A stretch of 64,000 nucleotides of DNA, taken from NCBI GenBank assembly GCA_022868165.1, contig JALHYA010000010.1, forward strand, positions 375 through 64,374, written 5' to 3'. Below the pieces are notes generated by a model. That model was not told the DNA's origin. It made no database searches and saw only the letters and a list, made by a program, of their open reading frames with translations. The position numbers were made by a program, and so were the translations under genes. This document shows, piece by piece, positions 54,127 to 62,754 of this stretch (its first letter is position 1; each line of letters opens with the position of its first letter). This DNA is from Patescibacteria group bacterium. GTDB lineage: Bacteria; Patescibacteriota; Microgenomatia; UBA8517.

Positions 54127-54456
54127 CTAATTGGACAAACTTTCAAGATATTTCTTTATTGCAACTGCGGTAATACCCCATGCCAGTGGAAGCCAGTAAG
54201 GAATACCAAAAATAGTTACTCCATGATAAGTCCATAAACCACTTTTTGAAACAATTGCTTCGCCTAGTGGACCAAAAACTGCAGCAACAATGAAGTAATA
54301 GATTTCCTTGTCTTTTTTCAGGAATGCACAATAAATAATGCTAATTAAAAGTAGTATGACAAAAAGATGAATAGGGTATTCCCAAAGATAAGAGATAGAT
54401 ACTATCCAGGTAATAAAGAATGTAACAAACAGAAGATGAACTTTTATCTTTTTCAT
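54127..54456 (-). CDS. Small membrane protein (3-4 TM).
   Basis: Hydrophobic 109-aa ORF in the low-GC region. Confidence 0.45.
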   Translation of the reverse strand: MKKIKVHLLFVTFFITWIVSISYLWEYPIHLFVILLLISIIYCAFLKKDKEIYYFIVAAVFGPLGEAIVSKSGLWTYHGVTIFGIPYWLPLAWGITAVAIKKYLESLSN

Positions 54457-54603
54457 CTAATTAAAGTATATCACTCGAGGCTATTTTGCAGGCATTAGTA
54501 CACGACCTTCGAACGATTTGGCATAAAATCAGTTCTTTCGAGCTGGGTAAAATGGCTCAGTTTATCAATCCTTCTGTGAACTTGGCTTATTGATACAATA
54601 TAC

Positions 54604-56205
54604 TTGATGAAACTATTCAATTTAGACTTAGTTAAGGGTGAGTTTTACTCTGAACTAAATCCTGAAATTACATTTGAAACGCTTACTCAAGGAGGTAGGC
54701 AGATTATTACTTGGAAGTGTTCTAAGGGCGATGATCATATTTGGGAAGCAAGCTTAAATCAGAGAACAAGCGGAAATAAACTAAGAGGTTGTCCAGTTTG
54801 TGCTGGGAAAAAAGTAGTAACAAGCAATTCTCTTTTAACAACTAATCCTGAAATCGCAAAGGAATGGAATTATGAAAGAAATAAAACCATTACTCCTTCA
54901 ACCATAACTTATGGTAGCAATAAGAAGGTGTGGTGGCAGTGCTTAGTTAATGAATCGCATGTTTGGTTAGCCTCACCAAAGCAAAGAGTTAACAATAATA
55001 CTTGTCCGCATTGCGACTCGTTACAGGTTAAATATCCAGATATTGCAAGAGAATGGCATCCGACTAAAAATAACTCGTTAAGACCGCAAGATATTGCTTC
55101 TTCATCCCATACCAAAGTTTGGTGGAAATGTGAGAAAGGAGTAGATCATGTGTGGCTATCATCGCCTAATACACGAGTTTCTAATAAAAGTGGTTGTCCC
55201 ATCTGTTCAGGATATAAAGTTGTAAAGAGTAATTGTTTAGCAATAACACATCCAGAACTGTCATCTCAGTGGGATTATGTTAAAAACGCGAATAATCTTA
55301 CTCCCGAAAATGTACATGCAGGTAGTCATAAAAAGGTGTGGTGGAGATGTCCTAAGGGGGATGATCATAATTGGGAATCTGTAGTTAAAACACGAGCAAA
55401 ACAAGGAGTTGGATGTCCGATCTGTAGTGGTCGAAAAGTAAGCCTAAGTAATTCATTGGCCACAAAAGAACCTGTCATTGCCTCTCTTTGGCATCCTACA
55501 AAGAATGAACCATTGAACGCTTACCAAGTAACTCCGTATTCAGGTCAATTGGTTTGGTGGAAGTGTCCAGAAGGTGAAGATCATGAGTGGAAAAGTACTG
55601 TTGCTAACCTTGTAAATGGAAGCTCTTGTCCTGTGTGCATGAATAGAAAAATTACAAAGAATAATAATCTTTTTGCTCTATTCCCTGATTTGAAAGATGA
55701 GTGGGATTTCGAAAAGAATAAGGATGTCAACCCAGTCACATTATCTGCTGGTAGCAGGATGAAGGTGTGGTGGGTTTGTAAACGAGATCCTGAACATATG
55801 TGGTTCTCTACAATCAAAGACAGAACAGCAAAAGAAAGTGGCTGTCCTTACTGCTCCATAAAACTCAATGTCTCAGAGCTGAAAATGTTAGGAATAATCA
55901 AACAACTATTTGAAGGAAAAGAAATACTATATAGATATAAACCAAAATGGCTAAACAGAATGGAACTGGATGTGTATGTCCCTGAACTGAAATTAGCTTT
56001 CGAATATCAAGGAGCTCAGCATATCAGGCCGATTGATTTCTTTGGAGGTGAGATGGTTTATATCGAACAGGTAAAAAGGGATCAATTAAAAAAGAATATC
56101 TGCCACGAAAGAAATGTAACGCTTCTATATTGTTACTTTGACGAAAAATTGAGCTTAGGTTTGATTAAATCTAAAATAGATGATTCAGGCATTACTCTTA
56201 TTTGA
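54604..56205 (+). CDS. Protein with about 8 tandem zinc-ribbon repeats (DUF4379-like treble-clef, 'WW.C..G..H.W.......G..CP.C') and a C-terminal Vsr/DUF559-like PD-(D/E)xK endonuclease domain.
   Basis: Repeats such as 'KVWWKCEKGVDHVWLSSPNTRVSNKSGCPICSG'. C-terminal 'MELDVYVPELKLAFEYQGAQH' matches the DUF559 core (D..lP...laiE.DG.qH). Confidence 0.65.
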   Translation: MMKLFNLDLVKGEFYSELNPEITFETLTQGGRQIITWKCSKGDDHIWEASLNQRTSGNKLRGCPVCAGKKVVTSNSLLTTNPEIAKEWNYERNKTITPSTITYGSNKKVWWQCLVNESHVWLASPKQRVNNNTCPHCDSLQVKYPDIAREWHPTKNNSLRPQDIASSSHTKVWWKCEKGVDHVWLSSPNTRVSNKSGCPICSGYKVVKSNCLAITHPELSSQWDYVKNANNLTPENVHAGSHKKVWWRCPKGDDHNWESVVKTRAKQGVGCPICSGRKVSLSNSLATKEPVIASLWHPTKNEPLNAYQVTPYSGQLVWWKCPEGEDHEWKSTVANLVNGSSCPVCMNRKITKNNNLFALFPDLKDEWDFEKNKDVNPVTLSAGSRMKVWWVCKRDPEHMWFSTIKDRTAKESGCPYCSIKLNVSELKMLGIIKQLFEGKEILYRYKPKWLNRMELDVYVPELKLAFEYQGAQHIRPIDFFGGEMVYIEQVKRDQLKKNICHERNVTLLYCYFDEKLSLGLIKSKIDDSGITLI

Positions 56206-58375
56206 GGTAATGACATTTTTTATATTTTTTTCCACTTCCACAATAGCATGGGTCATTTCTACCAATCTTCCTGGAGATCATTTGTCCAGGTTTAATCATC
56301 ACATCAGCAAGTTTTTGGAGTTTTGGGTCTTCATGCCATGGTTCATTAGAATACACGACTGAATCGATTATATTGGGACTTTCGGCATAGCTACCTAATC
56401 CTAACCACTCATCAGCTTTTGTAATGTACTTCCTGGAAACTGAATAAGCCATAATATGCTCATGCAGACCCTTCCTTCTCTCATATTCCACAACATATGT
56501 GATACCTCCTTTACCATGATCCAAAGGCATTGCCATGGAATGTGGGCCATGGTCACTTAAAGCTTTTGTTTTAGCAGACTCCATCATTTTGATAAGAGTA
56601 TCTGCTGTCTTGCTGGAAAGGGTATATAAAAAGAAAATTGCATCAGTTAATCCTGGCTCTTTTGAAGCTTTGATCTGCGTTATGAGCTTAGTAAAGCTTT
56701 CATTCTTCCATTTTTGTCTGATCTTACTTTTTTTCTTATCTTCCTCTGATCCATACCTTTGTCTCATGACATCATCATCAATTACTTGTCCAAAATCTTG
56801 AACAAGAGCTATATGGGTAGCGTCAGAAGCAGGGTCGATATACAGTTTTTGATCTAAGTGATAGCCAAGACTTGTAATTTCAGTACCACCCATAATTTTA
56901 TCAGCAAGTTTTACTCTCTGATTAACGTAATAGAGAAAATCATATGGGTCTGGTAAATACGTAGTTAGTAAATCCAAATCAAATATGTTCATCGCAATTG
57001 GCCATGGATCACTTTCTTTTCTTTCTAAAAAAGCGTGCACCTGCATATAAAGAGCAGGGTAATTGTCAGTTGTAACGGAAACGATATAAGCTTCGTTGAT
57101 AGACTCGTGTAGCTTGATTTCATTGCCATTTGCATCGATAAACACCGCATCACGAGCTAAAATGTGCTGTTTTGATTCAAGGCCTTGTTCATAGGCCTCT
57201 TGTACAGCCTTTCGAAAGTCAATTCCTAATTGGTTGAGATCACCTTTTCGAGATAGAAAAGTCATTTTTTTGGATTTTGCTTGGACTGCAATTGCTTTGT
57301 TACCAAGTAGAACCAGGACATCAACATCTGTAAAGACTAATCCTTTCTTTTTTATACCTTCACCTTTTTGTCTTTGGATTTTTGCACCTTTATAGACATT
57401 AGATTCACCAAAAACTCGTTTAAGTTTTTGAAAAGCTACTTCTTCGGTATATTCACCTCTATGCTTCTGTGCTGTTGGAAAGTATTTTTCATCAAGCTCC
57501 TTTACCCAATAAAAAGGGCTTTCATCGATTGCCCTGGATAAGTCAAAGGAAACAGGAAGCAAATAGTTTGTATCTGAAATCCTTATTAGTGGCTTAGTTT
57601 CTATCTCATTAGAATCAGATGGGGCTCTAAACGATTTGTTGCTTTTTCCTGGTACAACTGAGAAACGAGTAGCAATTTTTTGAGCAACGGTCTTATCGAA
57701 ACCTATCTCATCAGTGTTAACGGTAAATATACTCAAAACCCACTCACAAAAAGATCGAAAATCACTTTTTTCTGGAGGTTCAGGTCGTATCCTTTCAGCA
57801 GATTCTTTTACTGTTTTAGAAAACAAAACCGCATCTTCAATTGAAAAACCAAGATGCTCGATAATCCACTCCTTATCTTTGGCGTATCTTACTGGTGCAG
57901 ATTCCCAATACTGGAAGTCGTACGCACCTGAATCTCCATAAAATACAGATTCCACAATTGCTTCTGATGATGTGAATATACCCGGACGGGGAGGTATCGG
58001 TAGGCCTTGCTCCTTACGTTTCATTGTTTTTTCAATCATAGAGCTGAAAGCTGTTAGGCTATAATAATCATGCACTTTTTGGAGTAGAGGATATGTCTGA
58101 TCAATGTACTTTTTAGCAGTTTCTTCGTCTGGTACAGTTTCCAAATCTAAGGGTCTTTTGATTACGAGACCAAAAAGTAGTCCTACTTCTTGGTAACTTA
58201 CTCTGTCCCACCAATTTACATTTAGGTATTGGTCTAATGGAATGAATAAGTCATGAAGCGTAATTATCAAAAGTGAGTACAAATAACCAGGTTTACTCAC
58301 AAGCTCTTCCAGCTCTTTAAGTGTCGTTTCTAAGTTAGGTATTTTCCCTGCATCATCTTTATCTTTTTTTGCCAT
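56198..58375 (-). CDS. 725-aa protein with a central NERD/PD-(D/E)xK-like segment (tentative) and a C-terminal SEC-C zinc-binding motif.
   Basis: C-terminal 'RNDPCYCGSGKKYKKCH'. Central 'GEYTEEVAFQKLKRVFGE...LVFTDVDVLVLLGNKAIAVQAKSKK' resembles the NERD layout. Confidence 0.55.
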   Translation of the reverse strand: MAKKDKDDAGKIPNLETTLKELEELVSKPGYLYSLLIITLHDLFIPLDQYLNVNWWDRVSYQEVGLLFGLVIKRPLDLETVPDEETAKKYIDQTYPLLQKVHDYYSLTAFSSMIEKTMKRKEQGLPIPPRPGIFTSSEAIVESVFYGDSGAYDFQYWESAPVRYAKDKEWIIEHLGFSIEDAVLFSKTVKESAERIRPEPPEKSDFRSFCEWVLSIFTVNTDEIGFDKTVAQKIATRFSVVPGKSNKSFRAPSDSNEIETKPLIRISDTNYLLPVSFDLSRAIDESPFYWVKELDEKYFPTAQKHRGEYTEEVAFQKLKRVFGESNVYKGAKIQRQKGEGIKKKGLVFTDVDVLVLLGNKAIAVQAKSKKMTFLSRKGDLNQLGIDFRKAVQEAYEQGLESKQHILARDAVFIDANGNEIKLHESINEAYIVSVTTDNYPALYMQVHAFLERKESDPWPIAMNIFDLDLLTTYLPDPYDFLYYVNQRVKLADKIMGGTEITSLGYHLDQKLYIDPASDATHIALVQDFGQVIDDDVMRQRYGSEEDKKKSKIRQKWKNESFTKLITQIKASKEPGLTDAIFFLYTLSSKTADTLIKMMESAKTKALSDHGPHSMAMPLDHGKGGITYVVEYERRKGLHEHIMAYSVSRKYITKADEWLGLGSYAESPNIIDSVVYSNEPWHEDPKLQKLADVMIKPGQMISRKIGRNDPCYCGSGKKYKKCHYLK

Positions 58376-58780
58376 ATTATCAAGCTAATTTGTGCTTCTA
58401 TTTTATCACAAGAGTTGAGTAAGAGATGACCCATAGTTGCTTTTTCAAGGACGATTTAGTAGTATTTTATTAGGCTAAACATTTAGCTTTTTCGACAGCT
58501 TTTGTCGAAACGGAAATAGGTTTCGTATACATACGAACCAGAGCTGGTAAACTCTGAAATAGCCAAGCACAAGACTGCTGATAGAGCTTATAAGCAGGAG
58601 ATTGAAGGGTTTTTGACCTTCTGCAATCTAGTTCCGAAGCTATTTGCAAGTTCGAGACCGGCCTTACAAAGGGAGTTACTTAGATTCGTTGTCTCGAACG
58701 TTTCTGTGAGGGATAAAAAGGTCGAATATACGCTTAAAACACCCTTTGACCTAGTAGCCAAGTACTCTCAAAGTGAGAAT

Positions 58781-58854
58781 TGGCAGGGGTGGTAGGAATC
58801 GAACCTACGTTCGAGGTTTTGGAGACCTCCGGCCTACCACTGACCGACACCCCT
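58781..58854 (-). tRNA. tRNA-Trp (anticodon CCA), CCA encoded.
   Basis: RC folds as AGGGGTG-TC-GGTC-AGTGGTA-GGCC-G-GAGGT-CTCCAAA-ACCTC-GAAC-GTAGG-TTCGATT-CCTAC-CACCCCT-G-CCA. Closely parallels E. coli tRNA-Trp. Confidence 0.8.
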
Positions 58855-58945
58855 AAGTTTATACTGATTTTCTCTTGAATCTCCCTTGTATTTTATCCTA
58901 AGTGGCTAGTAAGCTCAAATATAGCTTGTATGATATATCATTATA

Positions 58946-59350
58946 TCATCCAAGGTTTTGGAGCGTTCGGAGGATATCTTTCCTGGGGGAAACATCTAGA
59001 ATTTTCTTAACGGCTTCCTTTAAAGCCTTCAAATTTTGCCACTTAGCGAGCTTGGAAATAACAAAACTTTTGTCGCTTGCCGGTATTTCGAGAAGTTGTA
59101 GTTTGATTCTGGATACCGTTTGTCTGGTTGTGTTTGTAAATTCGGCAATTTTATCTTGATTTACCCCTTCAGATAAGAGAAGCATGATTATTGCCCTTTT
59201 TCGAAGCATTTCCTGCTCGGTTTTTGTTAGAAGTGTAGAGAAAGTTTTTATGACTTTTTGACGCTCCAGGCTGGTAAAAATTGTCAATAATGCTTCTTGA
59301 AAAAGCTCGTTATTTTTAGAAGAAAGTTTTTTTCTGGAAACGTGAGTCAT
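58946..59350 (-). CDS. Small helix-turn-helix DNA-binding protein, TrpR/YerC-like or sigma-region-4-like.
   Basis: 'SEGVNQDKIAEFTNTTRQTVSRIKLQLLE' is a C-terminal HTH. Confidence 0.55.
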   Translation of the reverse strand: MTHVSRKKLSSKNNELFQEALLTIFTSLERQKVIKTFSTLLTKTEQEMLRKRAIIMLLLSEGVNQDKIAEFTNTTRQTVSRIKLQLLEIPASDKSFVISKLAKWQNLKALKEAVKKILDVSPRKDILRTLQNLG

Positions 59351-59622
59351 GTATCATATAATGATATATCATCAATAAGCGGATTGGCAAGGCTGGTGGG
59401 TTTTTAAACTTTTATTTAAGCTTGGAAGTTTCCTTGTGAGGCGTAACCTTTCTGCAGGTTCTGCAGTACTTATTTAATACCAGTTTTCCCTCCATATTAA
59501 TCTTATTCCGCTCTGTTATGTAGTTTTGGCTCTTGCAGACGGAACAAATCAAAGCAACCAGCTCTCTTGCACCTTTTTTTGCCATACGTTGGATATTCTA
59601 TCACACCTTGAGCTCGAACGAG

Positions 59623-59694
59623 AGCCGAGGGTGGGAATCGGACCCACGACCTAGTCATTACCAATGACTTGCTCTGCCACTGAGCCACCTCGGC
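59623..59694 (-). tRNA. tRNA-Thr (anticodon GGT), no encoded CCA, atypical T-loop TCCGATT.
   Basis: RC folds as GCCGAGG-TG-GCTC-AGTGGCA-GAGC-A-AGTCA-TTGGTAA-TGACT-AGGTC-GTGGG-TCCGATT-CCCAC-CCTCGGC-T. The 61-aa ORF 59503-59688 ('WVRFPPSAL') is its antisense shadow. Confidence 0.6.
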
Positions 59695-59696
59695 GC

Positions 59697-59815
59697 AAGG
59701 GAATTATAGCAGCATTCAAGAAGACGCTGCAATTTGATTGCGGCGATGAATTGACGCTGATATGTCATTCTCACTTAGGTGCGAAGCCGCGAAAGCGGAG
59801 AATGCCATAACAAAT
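59697..59815 (-). promoter_or_regulatory. Second copy of the conserved tRNA-upstream module: extended -10 'TGCTATAAT' directly 5' of tRNA-Thr(GGT), plus two hairpins.
   Basis: Aligned with 27966-28095. Shared blocks 'GAGAATGACATATCAGCGT', 'CAATTCATC' and 'TCTTGAATsCTGCTATAAT', with stem covariation between them. Confidence 0.45.
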
Positions 59816-59945
59816 GCTGTTATACTTAGATATGATTCGATGGCAGGCTCTGTTCTTGATTTTAGCCGGGATTATACTAATTCTTCTTATCTATATCCTC
59901 AAAATCCACCCACCAAAGATGTAGCAGGCACGAACGAATGTGAGT

Positions 59946-60030
59946 GCCAAGGCTAGGATTCGAACCTAGGTAGGCCTTTCGACCGCCAGATTTACAGTCT
60001 GGTGCGATTGTCCGCTCCGCCACCTTGGCC
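59946..60030 (-). tRNA. tRNA-Tyr (anticodon GTA), class II long variable arm, no encoded CCA.
   Basis: RC folds as GCCAAGG-TG-GCGG-AGCGGACAA-TCGC-A-CCAGA-CTGTAAA-TCTGG-CGGTCGAAAGGCCTAC-CTAGG-TTCGAAT-CCTAG-CCTTGGC-A. Confidence 0.75.
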
Positions 60031-60105
60031 TGGAGCCGACGAGAGGATTCGAACCTCTGACTTGCTGTTTACAAAACAGCTACTCTACCGCTGAGTTACG
60101 CCGGC
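60031..60105 (-). tRNA. tRNA-Thr (anticodon TGT), CCA encoded, abutting tRNA-Tyr.
   Basis: RC folds as GCCGGCG-TA-ACTC-AGCGGTA-GAGT-A-GCTGT-TTTGTAA-ACAGC-AAGTC-AGAGG-TTCGAAT-CCTCT-CGTCGGC-T-CCA. Confidence 0.8.
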
Positions 60106-60317
60106 TGGGAACATACGAATTATACCAAAAAATGACCCTGCTTCGGAGGTTGGGCTAAATTTTCCTGGAAAATCCAGGTGGGTAAGCTGCTTCCAAGCCC
60201 AAGGGCTTGGAAGACTCCGCCTTCCCTAAATCAGTAAGTGGTCAGGAAAGTTTAACCTTCAACCCCCTCAATCAGGGTCAATTCTATTTTAGCAAACTAG
60301 TCAAGCCCAAGTAAGGC

Positions 60318-60968
60318 CTAAATAACGGGGTTTCCGGGGATGAATAGCCTCAAAATTACATTTATAATCGGGTAAATAACGATAGAAATAAGCGAATTCC
60401 CTCCGAAAAGAGGGAAGAGAAGAAAAAGAAGAAGGACCAGTCCGTAGCGTCTCAGGAAAATATCCAATTCATAGGCCTCTTTTTTGGGAAGAAGTCCAAT
60501 TAAAATTTTTCCTCCATCCAATGGATGAACGGGGATCAAGTTAAAAATAGCCAGACCCACATTTACAAGAATTAAGGCATAAAAAAGTCCGGAGAGAGCA
60601 ATTGCCGAGGAAAAAGGAGCCAGGGTTAAGCGCAAGAATAGAGCGCTCAAAGTGGCAATGATTAGGTTGGATGCCGGCCCCGCAAGCGAGATAAGTGCCG
60701 CATCCCGCTTGGGATTGGCCAGATTATATGGGTCGTATTCCACGGGTTTTGCCCAGCCGACCACTATAGGGGAGCCTAAAAAGATTAAGATTAACGGAAT
60801 AAGTACCGTGCCGTAGATATCCAAGTGTGCCAGGGGATTTAAGGTTAGCCTTCCCATAGCTCTGGCGGTTGGGTCGCCGAGCCTATCCGCCATCCAAGCG
60901 TGCGATGCCTCGTGGACGGTTATGGCGACCAAAAACCCAAGAATTAGATAGACTACTGATATTTGCAT
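60318..60968 (-). CDS. M50-family (site-2-protease-like) intramembrane metalloprotease.
   Basis: 'ITVHEASHAWMA' puts HExxH in a TM helix; 'HPLDGGKIL' is the LDG motif. About 6 TM. Confidence 0.7.
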   Translation of the reverse strand: MQISVVYLILGFLVAITVHEASHAWMADRLGDPTARAMGRLTLNPLAHLDIYGTVLIPLILIFLGSPIVVGWAKPVEYDPYNLANPKRDAALISLAGPASNLIIATLSALFLRLTLAPFSSAIALSGLFYALILVNVGLAIFNLIPVHPLDGGKILIGLLPKKEAYELDIFLRRYGLVLLLFLLFPLFGGNSLISIVIYPIINVILRLFIPGNPVI

Positions 60969-61032
60969 GCTTTACTCTGCCTGCGTGCTAATAGTATAAT
61001 ACCTACGCTCGACTCCATAAAGTCGAATTCAT

Positions 61033-61284
61033 ATGGCATACATCTGCGACATTTGCGGCAAAACCTCAGTCTACGGACGCTCACAGCGCCACGGCCGCGG
61101 TGTGGCGGGAAAGCGATGGAGCAAAAGGGCCCAGGTCACACCGAGGCTTTTTAAGCCTAATCTTCAAAAGGCCAGCGTTATTGTGAACGGTGTCAAAAAG
61201 CAAATGCGCATCTGCGCCAAAGATTTGAAGAAATTAAGAAGTGTGGAAAAGGGAAAGTCTTACAAGGGTATGGCGCTTGCGTAG
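61033..61284 (+). CDS. rpmB: Ribosomal protein L28.
   Basis: 'MAYICDICGKTSVYGRSQRHGRGVAGKRWSKRAQVTPRLFKPNLQKASVIVNGVKKQMRICAKDLK' parallels L28 'CQVTGKRPVTGNNRSHA...RRFLPNL...V.VSAKG'. Confidence 0.8.
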   Translation: MAYICDICGKTSVYGRSQRHGRGVAGKRWSKRAQVTPRLFKPNLQKASVIVNGVKKQMRICAKDLKKLRSVEKGKSYKGMALA

Positions 61285-62144
61285 GCATCAAGAAATTGCT
61301 TCCAGCTGACAGGAGTTTTTCCTTCCAATTGAACTTCATTCGGAACAAGTTTTTCTCCTTCCAGGTGTGCTTTGAGTATTTTAATCCTTAATTCTTTATT
61401 CATGATTTTTATCTTGCTCCATGCTCCGGGCCAGGGGAACATTGCGCGGATAAAGCGCTCCACAACCTGGGGAGATGATTTGCCTTCCAGGGCTGCTTTT
61501 AAATATTCAAAGGGGATAAAGCCATGCTCTTTATCGGCCCTGATTGTAAAGGTTGCTTCACTATCGTCCTGTTTCCTTGGATGAATTTTTCCGGCCAAAT
61601 AAGCCGGCATAAGCGCAACCAATATATCCGCACTTCTTTCAAACAACCTTTTTCTTAGAGACTCGGTGGTGTCGTCTTTCAAAATTTCTTCTTTAAATTG
61701 CGCATAAATATCTCCATGGTCGAGTTTGTCGTCAAGTTTAATTATGCTTACCCCGGTTTCTGCCTCGCCTGCGGCAATAGCTGCCTGCACGGGAGATGCT
61801 CCGCGATATTTGGGCAAAAGCGAAGGGTGGATATTTAGAATTCCTTTGGGGAAAAGTTTGATTACTTCCGGCGGAATAATTTCTCCGTATGCCGCCAAAA
61901 CTCCCAAATCGGCTTCCACGCCCTTTTCAATAAGCTCGCGCGAAGAGTGAAAGATGGAAATTTTTCTTTTGTATGCAAAGTTATCCACGGGTGAATAGGT
62001 AAGTAGCTGTTTTCTTCCGGTTGGCTGGGGTGCTTGGGTGATAACTGCAATAACCGCCTTATCTTTGGGTGAATCAAACTCTTTGCGCAAGGCGTCCAAA
62101 ATCGGAATAACATACTCGGGTGTACCGAAAAATACGATTTTCAT
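61260..62144 (-). CDS. fmt: Methionyl-tRNA formyltransferase.
   Basis: 'MKIVFFGTPEYVIPIL' and 'LNIHPSLLPKYRGASPVQAAI' are Fmt signatures. Confidence 0.9.
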   Translation of the reverse strand: MKIVFFGTPEYVIPILDALRKEFDSPKDKAVIAVITQAPQPTGRKQLLTYSPVDNFAYKRKISIFHSSRELIEKGVEADLGVLAAYGEIIPPEVIKLFPKGILNIHPSLLPKYRGASPVQAAIAAGEAETGVSIIKLDDKLDHGDIYAQFKEEILKDDTTESLRKRLFERSADILVALMPAYLAGKIHPRKQDDSEATFTIRADKEHGFIPFEYLKAALEGKSSPQVVERFIRAMFPWPGAWSKIKIMNKELRIKILKAHLEGEKLVPNEVQLEGKTPVSWKQFLDAYASAIPL

Positions 62145-62196
62145 AATAATTTAATGATATCCTTCGACTCCTTTCAGTCGCTCAGGATGTCGCTCG

Positions 62197-62730
62197 TTAC
62201 ACGAGCTCCACCTCCTCCCATTCGCTGTTTTTATCTAGCTTATAGAGCGGTTTTTTGTCCTCTAGAAGCCTGTCGATAAAAAGCTTTCCATTTAAATGGT
62301 CGACCTCATGCAGAACTATTTGCGCATAGAAATCTTTAAACTCCTCGACTTTTTCGCTGCCCTTTTCATCCGTATATTTAAGTTTAACGACGGCCGAACG
62401 CTTTAAGGGGCCGTAATAGTTGGGGAGAGAAAGACAGCCCTCCATGATTGACTTGTTACTAGTGACTTGTGGCTTGTGACTGGTTTTTGAAAGCGCAAGG
62501 ATTTCGGGATTGATGCACACGCGGCTAACGTTTTTAAAGCTAAACACGAAAATCCTCAAGTTTTTACCGATTTGCGGCGCGGCAAGACCGACTCCCTCCG
62601 GCTCTTTCTGAATAGCCAGAGTGTCAACAAGGTCGCGTACTATCTGTTCGACCTTCTTGTCCATGCCGATTACCGGTTTGGAAGGCTCGCGCAAACCAGG
62701 GTCACGAATATTGAGAATTTTCCGTATCAT
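62197..62730 (-). CDS. def: Peptide deformylase.
   Basis: 'GVGLAAPQIG', 'EGCLSLP' and 'HEVDHLNG' are PDF motifs 1-3. Confidence 0.9.
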   Translation of the reverse strand: MIRKILNIRDPGLREPSKPVIGMDKKVEQIVRDLVDTLAIQKEPEGVGLAAPQIGKNLRIFVFSFKNVSRVCINPEILALSKTSHKPQVTSNKSIMEGCLSLPNYYGPLKRSAVVKLKYTDEKGSEKVEEFKDFYAQIVLHEVDHLNGKLFIDRLLEDKKPLYKLDKNSEWEEVELV

Positions 62731-62754
62731 TGGCCTAGTATATCAGAATTGAGG

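Noticed and set aside
59503-59688. 61-aa ORF 'MAQWQSKSLVMTRSWVRFPPSAL...'.
   Set aside because: It overlaps tRNA-Thr(GGT) on the same strand. The 'WVRFPP' peptide is the characteristic translation of a tRNA T-arm/acceptor region, not a protein.
8770-62490. Shared 'caagt(c/t)actagt(a/g)acaag' (QVTS[D/N]K) string in the giant gene (about 8775-8800) and in def (about 62455-62480).
   Set aside because: It is only 18 nt, encodes a short peptide in unrelated proteins, and contains the palindromic ACTAGT. It is most likely coincidence and not a mobile insertion.
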